Source: Paramecium tetraurelia (Eukaryota). From it: 20,000 bases of DNA. Positions 11,011 through 20,000 of the stretch are shown here, piece after piece. The position numbers and the translations under genes are program-made. Location: contig CT868429.1 in NCBI GenBank assembly GCA_000165425.1, positions 240,293-260,292 on the forward strand, read 5' to 3'. Position 1 is the first letter of the stretch, and the number at the start of each line of letters is the position of its first letter. A model generated the notes under the pieces. The model ran no database searches, was not told the DNA's origin, and saw only the letters and a list, made by a program, of their open reading frames with translations.

Positions 11011-11839
11011 TCAATTAGGCAAAAACATATGATTTAACTAATCAATTTCCTTTATGAACTTCAAAACAATTTCTTTTATATCGTATGAAAAATTGAAATT
11101 ATTGTGATCTTTACCCTCAGGATAGAAAAAAGTTTTTCTTTTCGAAGCCAAACTTTTGTAGAGGTCTTCTGCCATTGAAATCGGTATGAATTTATCTAAT
11201 TTACCGTGAATAATTATGCAAGGGCATACAATCTTATTGGCTCTTTTTACATTGTCAAATTAATCCTAAAGTAGATGATTAATTTCTACATACTTTCAAT
11301 AGATTTGCAGCAAAGTAAAAATGCTTTTTGGCTACAGCTTTTATCGAAGTGAATGGACTTAATAAAATTAATGCTTTTGGTTAATAAATTGATGCTAAAA
11401 AACAAGCTGGACCAGTTCCAATAGACCGTCCAAAAATTGTCAGTTTAGAATCGGGAACTCTTAATTCCAAATTAATATATATAAACACATCCTCTGCATC
11501 CTTCTCGATTTATTGTTAAGTAGGTTCCGCTTAAGTGTAAATCCCGTATCCTGGATATTCCATGCAAATGACATTCACGTTCAATCCATTGCTCAAAGCA
11601 GATGTAAACTCATAACAAGTTCCTCTTTTTAATTTAAATACAATTTACATATCCTCTGCATTGCTATGAAAGTATAAGAGATATTCATCTGAGTTGGCTT
11701 TAATGAATAAACAAGGGATTTAATGTTTATTGAGCTTTGTTCTTATGAATATGAGTTTAAGTTTTGAATGCCCGTCAAAAGTCTTGGAATGATATGAAGG
11801 TTACGGATTCAAGTAAATTAATTTATTGAGACTAAGCAT
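11011..11839 (-). CDS. Alpha/beta hydrolase, ABHD17/ABHD13-like serine hydrolase
   Basis: Two tiny introns. LLYFHSNAEDIG, MEYPGYGIY, nucleophile elbow GRSIGTGP, LLSPFTSI, IIHGKLDKFIP, KDHNN: intact Ser-Asp-His triad. Confidence 0.9.
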
Positions 11840-12384
11840 AATAATATAAATATATTAATTGTAATATATGCAAATAAGAGATAACTAAACAAATGAAGTT
11901 AATCAGAAAACGAATATAAAATATAATTTATATTAATGGTGTAAAGTATTCTAATTCATATAAGCATTTTATTTAATTTTGTACTTTTCTCTTAATCCTT
12001 TCCAATCAAGATATAGACTATCACTCAGATTTAACTGAATCTTTACAAAACTAAGTATTTAAATAATATGATCTGAATATTATAAATTTTTTTCATTTCC
12101 AACAGATATTTAAAATTAACTCAAAAAAGTTCAATTAGAACTATTTCACTTCAATAACTAAACTAATAACACAATATATTTATTTTTGAAACTATTAAAT
12201 GTTCTGATTACATCCTTTCCCTGAATAATTATATCTTATTTCCAGATATAATAAAATTAATATATTTAATTAAAAGAACATAAAGACCTTCTCATTTTAA
12301 TTGATTATATAAATAGCTTTTCTTTAAACTAATATTTATTTTCTAGATTGTTACGAATGCAATTATTCACTATTATTTATGTTA

Positions 12385-12900
12385 ATGTACGAATTAAGTA
12401 AAAATAAATCTTTAGAAACACCAAGTTTATAAGAAACTATTAAAATCAAAATTAAAAAGAATCATCCTGACACATAAGATTCTAATGCAGTGATTACAAT
12501 TAAAACAAAAGGAAATAAATACATTTTGTCTAAATTATATCCATATTACTACTTAAGATACAACTCATTATTGTTTGAATATATTAATGAGCATGAAATA
12601 AAATCATTTTTAGATGAAATAAACAAATAAATTGCAAACAATTGGCCACCAAAAAAATTGATTATATTATCCTATCTACTAATCCCTTTTAGTTTTGGAT
12701 TTTCTTTATTATTACCATTCTATTGTTTCAATAACGCAGAGAAATTTGTATAATGGAAAATTGATGAATACAACATAAAGTGGGAAGATAAGGGTTTACA
12801 ATTGAAATGGTATGATGACTAATTATAAATTCATTTATTCAATAAAAAAGGAAAATCAGAAGATGATGATTATCCTGATATTGATGTTTTTAATGCATGA
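12385..12900 (+). CDS. Small membrane-associated protein, probable Erf4/GOLGA7 (CHIC-like) domain
   Basis: Intronless 171 aa frame (alternative in-frame ATG at 12379). Pattern EIKSFLDEINKQIANNWP-hydrophobic hairpin-NAEKFVQWKIDEYNIKWEDKGLQLKW resembles the Erf4 domain. Family call is by eye only. Confidence 0.65.
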
Positions 12901-13226
12901 ATCACAATTTATTATTAAATATATATTTAATTAAAACAGATATCTTTGAAATTGTTCATTCTTGCTACAGAAAGAGTATATATTTATGTCTTTCAAAAAT
13001 TTAAATAACAAAAATCAACCAATTTGGAAATGATATTTTTTATTCATAATTTTTAAATATTTATTAGGGATATAATAAACTGAAGCAATGGAAGTTATCA
13101 ATTTATTATATTTAACAGGCATTTTCAAAACTCACAATACAAAGTAATTAATGATGAGGAATTGAATTTGGAAATAAAGAAAAAAATGAATGTATTGAAT
13201 CTAATAATATATTTATAATTAAATTA

Positions 13227-14053
13227 TCACTCCTATTGAATTTAAGAATTTGGACTAAACTATTCTAGCTTTGTTATATAATCTCTTAATTCTTATGCAT
13301 TTAAATGTGTAAATTTCAAATTTTTGCCTAAAATTCCAACTTCTACATTTTTCTCGTTTAATCTAAAAAAATGTATATAAATTTCAATTACTCTTCATCT
13401 TCCATGATTGCCTTCTTAATTGCGCTTAACCCATGTAAGATTAGTTATTCTAAAGTGCTTTTTTCAAATAAATGGAACCAACTCTCGAAATAAGTTCTTG
13501 CGGCTTAAGATCTTGAACCAATAGCTTAACATTTGTATTCGTAATAATTGCCAGATGGACATGTTTCAAATAAATGAACACCATTTGGATCAATACCAGC
13601 GACAAGCAATCCGACACCATAAGGTCTCTTTGCCCCACTTTAGGTTTTGTGTTGAGACTCTTTAAGATCTTATAAAAAACATACTTTCGGCTACTTTAAA
13701 AACTAATCTTCCTACTGGATGATGAGACTCATAAGTATATTTGTATTCTAAACATTCTGTTCTCATATATTTGCATAAAACACCTGTATTGATAAATATC
13801 AGTATATACGTGCATCAGCAGTTAATCCAGCAATAGCAATAGCCATATGATCATCTATTTTAAATTATTTCTCTTAATAGCCTGCTAATTCAGAAGGTTG
13901 TCTTTTGAGACTGCATAATACAACATTTTCATTTGATTTGAGTCCCAAACATATGCTTCCTTATTTGACGGCTTCCATAGCATATTCCACTTAGAATAAT
14001 TTGCCTTATGGTGACCAAGTGACACAGTCTGTATCGTACAGATGTTTGAGCAT
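13227..14053 (-). CDS. PSMA1: 20S proteasome subunit alpha-6 (alpha type 1)
   Basis: Three tiny introns. [80 protein letters not shown]. Confidence 0.97.
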
Positions 14054-14359
14054 TAATTTTTAAATATAAATTTGTCACATTGGGATTTCAGAAAATTTAA
14101 TAGTTAATTTCAATATTCCCCCGAAGAAATTCAGTTGCAATTACATCTAAATTTTTCATTAGATTGCTAATATATTTCTGTATCTTTTAATATTTCTATT
14201 TGAAAATAATCTCTTTATAGAAAGTATCTTAAATTTTATCAATTCAATGATTATTTATCAAAAGGATTTGATATATTGAAGCAATTTGAATGCAAATTAA
14301 TACAATTATAGTAATCATTTTGTTGATTCATATTATTTATAAATATATAAAAAATAATT

Positions 14360-14896
14360 ATGCAAAACCATACTCTTCAAACTCTCCATGATTATTATAA
14401 CTACAACAACCCAATTTATTTTAAATAAAGAGAACCTTCTACTCCATAATTTTAGAAAAAGTATTTTATGAGATTAGAGGAGAAAAAATAATTTCGAATT
14501 AAAAGGTCCAAAGCTGACCTTCTGGATAAAATTCTTTTATAATAGCAATAGTTAACCACTTCTTTTAAGCCTTGGTCAATTCCTAGAAATCTTGAAAATA
14601 ACGAAACTAATTAAAGAAAAGATCAAAGTGATATTAGATTTGTGTCAATAAATAATCTGCGAATTAAATGTCTCATTAACAATTCTACATAATCTTAAAC
14701 TTATAAAGAGATTAATTAAAATAAATACTCACTTGATAAAAGATTCAGAACTTCCCCAGGCTTGAAGAAAATAGTAAATAATCAAAGTTAAGTAAAAACA
14801 TATAGTCTTAATCATATTGTGAATCGAAATTTATAGCAAAGTTTATATTCATCATTGGCATTTAAATAGAGTTTAGATGATATATCTCCTTGGTGA
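14360..14896 (+). CDS. Hypothetical protein (178 aa)
   Basis: Intronless TGA-free frame MQNHTLQTLHDYYNYNNPIYFKQREPSTP...SLDDISPW*, with AT-rich flanks. Confidence 0.7.
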
Positions 14897-14961
14897 ATAA
14901 TGAATTGATTTGCATATTATTTTAGAATTCCCTTATTTCTCCTATTATTTAAAATTATTAA

Positions 14962-16482
14962 ATGCTATAAAATATAGCGCAAAAAAGAGAGCAATTTATT
15001 ATTGGACTCAAAAAAAAGGCAAGGGAAGACACTTTCAGAAAAAATAGGTTCCCCCAATCTAAAGACATAATTCCATTTGCTTCAAACAACATCATCATAT
15101 AATAGCCTTATTACGAGGCATTTGAAAGAGGCAATCAGCAGGTAACTTTATCGATAATTTGAGAAAATAAACTTCATGAATGACAATATTGAGATGGATG
15201 AAACAATAGCAAACTGCATTTTCAAAGTCTAGTAATTAAGCAATCATTATAACGAATATGATTGCGAACCTGATTATGACACTACCAAAGATGTAGAAAG
15301 AATATTCAAAGTTTTTAACATTGGTTACCCTTAAATTGATGTAGATATCAATATTATTATTAGAAATCGTGCTTACACATATTATTGGCTATTTCTGCAG
15401 GGAATCATTAACAAGTTCAACCCATTCATGAACATATACAAATGCTTGCTGGCTATTACAATTCAACTTACTATACAGAATTATAATAGTATATATTGGA
15501 TATATTTGCTAATCTGGCTTGTGATTGTTACCAATGTAGGGATTTGATTTTAGTACTCTAAGTGCCAAAATGTTTATGGTACATTATATAATCAATAGAA
15601 GGAATTATACACTCTAATGTAAATAGAAATGCCTATTTGATGACTTTTATTCTTTGATTATAAATTTGGATAGAATGAAACCAGAAATTAACAAATTTAA
15701 ATTAATAGAGTTGCATGATATATTATAGGATCTTTTCATTTAACTCTATAATGCCAAAGAGAAATTATGGATTTTCAAATTATTAAACAGAATCTATTCC
15801 TATGATAAATCAAAATTAGATTTGAGTTTTTTGAATTATCTATTGAAAGGTGATTATGATAACATTTAATTGTGCGGAGAAATGTTTAAATACTTTTAAT
15901 ATGTGTCCTTACTAGGTAAACATTTTTATTATTATAATAGACAATGAAATTACTTTAAATTTTCAATCTTAAATGGCACACACTATAATAAAGACAATCA
16001 ATAAATATTTGGAATAGTAAAATATTTAAAGAGGAGATTTAAAACTTTTGGTAAAAAAAGGATTTGCCACTTTAAGCAATTTTATTACAGATGATCCATA
16101 AATTATTAATGAATTTTGGGAAGAAATTCTTCCTTATTTTTAAAATGTCCCTTCTGTATTTTTCGAGGTAGATGACTTCTTTGTGTTTCTCCACAGCATT
16201 ATCAAATTTTCCAAATGTGAGGATGTTAAAAAATTGAACAATGATTATAAATTGATGAAGTAAATAACTTAAGAATTAAATGATTATAGTGAAGAAAGAG
16301 GTAATTCATTTTTATATGATATTCTTTCCATCTTATACAGACTAATCGGTATAGATTAAGTTAATATAAAAATATTTAATGAAGAAGATTGTGAATCAAG
16401 GATTTTATTTGTTTAAAAAATGAAAATCTCAGATGAAAATTATGAATTAGCAAATATGATTTTGGATAAGCTTGATTAATGA
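14962..16482 (+). CDS. Divergent importin-alpha-like ARM-repeat protein
   Basis: Four tiny introns. IBB-like N-terminus KREQFIIGLKKKAREDTFRKNR and ARM-like segments LLAISAGNHQQVQ, IFANLACDCYQCRDLIL, FATLSNFITD. Confidence 0.72.
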
Positions 16483-16696
16483 TTAATTTTTGATAGAATT
16501 CTTATTTATTTTATTTCAAATATAAAGTCCTTACATGTATTTCAATTTAAAGGTAAGTTGAATTTACAAGACCTCAATAAATCAAGTACTCAATATAGTT
16601 ATAAAGTAATATAACCATTATTAAAATATTTTATTTTATTTTTTATAAATATATAAACAATAATAAAATTTAAAAAAATACAATTTTGGGGAAATA

Positions 16697-18075
16697 ATGA
16701 ATCTCTTCAAGTAGAAAGTGACTTACTATTACGATGAGGAATTTGGTACATTTAATTATTCAACAACTCATCCAATGAAACCTTTGAGAGTAGCCATAAC
16801 AGATGACTTAGTGGGCCATTATGGGCTAAAATAATATATGAATTGTATTGTAAGATGTATTCATTTTTAGGTTTAGGATCAATCTTTTGTTCAAACCTAT
16901 ATCAAAAGGGTAGATGAGGACGTATTGACTTAATTTCATTCTGAAGAGTATATTGATTTAATAAAAATAATTACACCAGAAAATAAGTGTCAACATGAAG
17001 ATCAACTTTATAGATGTAAGAAAATTATGTTAAGTTATTTAGTCAATTTCATGGAAGATTGTCCGGTCTTAGATAGATTATTTGATTTTTGTTTGTGTTA
17101 AACTTCTGGATCAGTTGGGGCTGCTTGTGTTATAGCAGATTAGAAGAGCAACATCGCTATAAATTGGAGTGGTGGATTACATCACGCGAAATAAAGTGAA
17201 GCAAGTGGATTTTGTTATGTTAATGACTGTGTATTAGGAATATTGGAGTTATTGAAAACATATTAAAGAGTTCTTTATATTGACATAGATATTCATCATG
17301 GAGATGGAGTAGAAGAAGCATTTTACCTGACTGATAGAGTTATGACTTGCTCTTTTCATAAATTTAAGGAATACTTTCCTGGAACTGGACACATTGATGA
17401 TATTGGACATGATAAAGGAAAGTACTATGCAGTTAATTTTCCATTGAATGAAGGCTTAAATGATGATTCCATTTAATTAATATTCAAACCTGTGATTGAC
17501 AGTATTATGGAAAATTTTAGACCAGATGTTGTAATGTTGCAAGGAGGAACTGATAGTCTTAGTGGAGATAGGTTGGGATGCTTTAATTTGAGCATAAAAG
17601 GTTTTTATTTAATACTATATCTCAGGTCATGGTTCTTGCACTGAATACCTCAAGAAATTCAATGTCCCTATCATAATGGTAGGCGGTGGAGGATATACAT
17701 TACGAAATGTTCCTCGTTGTTGGACTTATGAAACTTCCCTTGCCTTAAATGTGCCAATTCCTGATAATATTCCTGACGAATCTGATTACAAGGTTTACTT
17801 TGGGCCTGAGTATCAAATTACATTTACCAATCTCTAATATGGAGGAATAGAATTCAAAGGAATATTTAGAGAAAAACATGTAATAATGATTTTCATATGA
17901 TAGAATTTAGATCTTAGACAACCTAAAACAAATATAACCAGGTTGTGCATAAATAGATCATTATGCAATCGGCAAAGAGAGCAGATAAAAAGTTGACTAT
18001 CAGGAATTATTCTCATCATACAATGATAAAAGAGAAGAAATGCAATTAGAATAAAATCAAGACTAATAAGATTGA
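16697..18075 (+). CDS. HDAC1: Class I histone deacetylase (Rpd3/HDAC1-like)
   Basis: Four tiny introns. [92 protein letters not shown]. Confidence 0.97.
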
Positions 18076-18143
18076 ATCAATAAAAGTCTAATAGATTATT
18101 AATATATATAATTATTTTGTTTTTATTTTAATATTTTAGATTA

Positions 18144-18186
18144 TCATTTCTTTTTGTTAAAAGGTCCTTTCTTTTATTACTATTAC

Positions 18187-18246
<60 letters not shown>

Positions 18247-20000
18247 GGCTTCTATTATTATGATTCTTATTCAACCTTTGGAGGTGCTTATTGTTATGCT
18301 TATTTAGGTGGTTCACTTAATTATGGTTTTTCTTAAGCTTATGCAATTTTTTATCTTGCAATTTATTCAGTCTTATCCAAACCAAGTTTTACCAACTCTT
18401 ATTCATCAGCAGGAAGTACCTATAATAAATGGTATTTTAAATACATTTTATAAACCAGCATAATTAGCTAACTTTTGAGCTTTTGGTAAAATATTGGAAG
18501 AAAAATCTTAGAAATCCAAAACATAATTTTGAATTAATCCAAGACTGTCATTCCAAGCTCTTTTAGGGAATTTTTAGAATCCTTCTTATTAGACTAATCT
18601 AGCAGAATGATTAACAAAGACTTTGCTGAATGCCAAGGGTGAAGCCTTGTACAATTCCTCAACTAACTCAATTTCAGCTGATGAATCTCCTTCGAAGTAA
18701 TCCTTGTATTAAAGGACTAAATAAATTATATAATAATATTACATCCTTCCTTAGCTGCAAGATTGTAATAGTCCTTTTCAGCCGATAAGAGTGCAAATTC
18801 ATTTTCAGAATTAACAGCACTTTATAGATTCTTGAAGACAGCTACATATTCTGGGTCTTTGGTCATTCTTGCTAAATGTCTTTCAATCAATCTTCTTTCT
18901 CTAGCTTAATAATCTTTGGTGCAATCAAAGGCTAATCTATATTTGAATCTCCACAATTTCTTTTCAAGAAGTGAAGTTTAATCTTCTTCAGGATTGTGAG
19001 TATAGGCTTCTTAGAAGTCAAATCTGAGAGGACTATACTTAGGATCAACTTAAGCAACAGCCTCATCGATTCTCTATTCAACTTATTCGTCATCCTTGTA
19101 TAATTCTTAATCTGTTTCAAAGTAATCATTGTATAATTATTCTTCTTCAGTAAGACCTCCGTAGAAGTAAGTGTAATTGTTCTCCCATCTTTCCTTTTAT
19201 CTTAATCTCATTCTTCTTTCTCTTCTGGCATGATTAGCAAAATCAAGATATTCTCTAACATGGAATCTGTTCACTTTTCTTTCTAATCTCTCTTAGATAG
19301 CCAAAACCTTCTCTGCTTCAATGACAGCTGCATATGTAGCCTTTTACATAGGTAATTTGTATTTTGGATTTCTGTAGATCCTTTCTTCATTGTAACCTGC
19401 TTATTTCAATTATTAATCAATGTATTTTAATTTATCTTCACCATGTTAGAATCTCCACATTCTATAGGCTGGATCAACTAGTAATCTGTCATGTACATCG
19501 TTATCCATTGTTACCATAATGTTTTATTCATATAATGCACTCTCAAATAAGGAAGCCTCTCTGTGAGTCCACATTTTGAACATATTAATGGATTAAATAT
19601 TTTCATTCTAAAATAATTGATTTATTTTACATCCAATTCAAAAATATCAATGGGATGGAATGAATCTCTATAGTAGGACATTTCCTCATCCTCTTATTAT
19701 CTGAGTCTAACCAATTTGAAGACTTGACCGCACATTGGACATCTCTACAACGGACCTTCTCTTAACATGAAGAGATGGATTTCGTGTTATTCATAATCAT
19801 CTTCATTCTGTAAACCAGTGCATCCAACATATCTGAAGGGAGTATCAGCAGTAAAAATCACACAGGGATTGTCTACTGTACCAAAGTTGACTGTTTAGAT
19901 ATTATCTAAGTTATTGTAAACTTGTAAATGGAAGGGATTCCCGGAATAGGCAGCATAATATTCATGAAGCACTTCGTCGAAAGCCTAATAAGTCAAGTTT
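18144..20000 (-). CDS. COX5B: Cytochrome c oxidase subunit 5B, ciliate extended form (5' end beyond the window)
   Basis: FGTVDNPCVIFTADTPFRYVGCTG..EQHEIHLFMLREGPLQRCPMCGQVFKLVR (Zn ligands C,H,C,C), followed by a long helical extension. Three tiny introns, TGA at 18144. Confidence 0.9.
18174..18245 (-). repeat. (TAA/TAG)24 microsatellite encoding polyQ in the COX5B C-terminus
   Basis: 19 uninterrupted TTA units (18189-18245) plus TTA/CTA units on the + strand, in frame with COX5B. Confidence 0.92.

Noticed and set aside
10588..11088. 166-codon + strand code-6 ORF
   Set aside because: No motif, very AT-rich, overlaps the hydrolase 3' end, and its length is not convincing with a single stop codon. 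Cannot be fully excluded without RNA-seq.
18128..18336. PolyN and polyY ORFs in the track
   Set aside because: Wrong-frame or wrong-strand readings of the COX5B polyQ microsatellite.
1..20000. CRISPR arrays, tRNA/rRNA genes, telomeric repeats, transposase or prokaryotic defence systems
   Set aside because: None seen. The metallo-beta-lactamase motif belongs to an intron-containing eukaryotic phosphodiesterase-like gene.

Overview
AT-rich, gene-dense ciliate DNA, most likely Paramecium macronuclear-type sequence. TAA/TAG read as Gln, TGA is the only stop, and genes carry many 21-29 nt GT..AG introns, so the supplied standard-code ORF track is mostly fragments or antisense shadows. Manual translation in code 6 gives, in order: 5' end of an AGC kinase, a decayed bZIP gene, a CCX-type cation/Ca2+ exchanger, an orphan, a metallo-beta-lactamase cNMP phosphodiesterase (GbpA/GbpB type), a TTLL-like protein with substituted active-site residues, an ABHD17-like hydrolase, an Erf4/GOLGA7-like protein, proteasome alpha-6, an orphan, a divergent importin-alpha-like protein, a class I HDAC and COX5B with a polyQ tail. 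The most unusual structure is a TA-bounded 347 bp fold-back element (1119-1465) with 122 bp inverted arms inside the 5' end of the bZIP pseudogene. Its arm differences are clustered and mostly G-U wobbles on the + strand, which suggests a hairpin RNA locus and/or a retained MITE/IES-like insertion.
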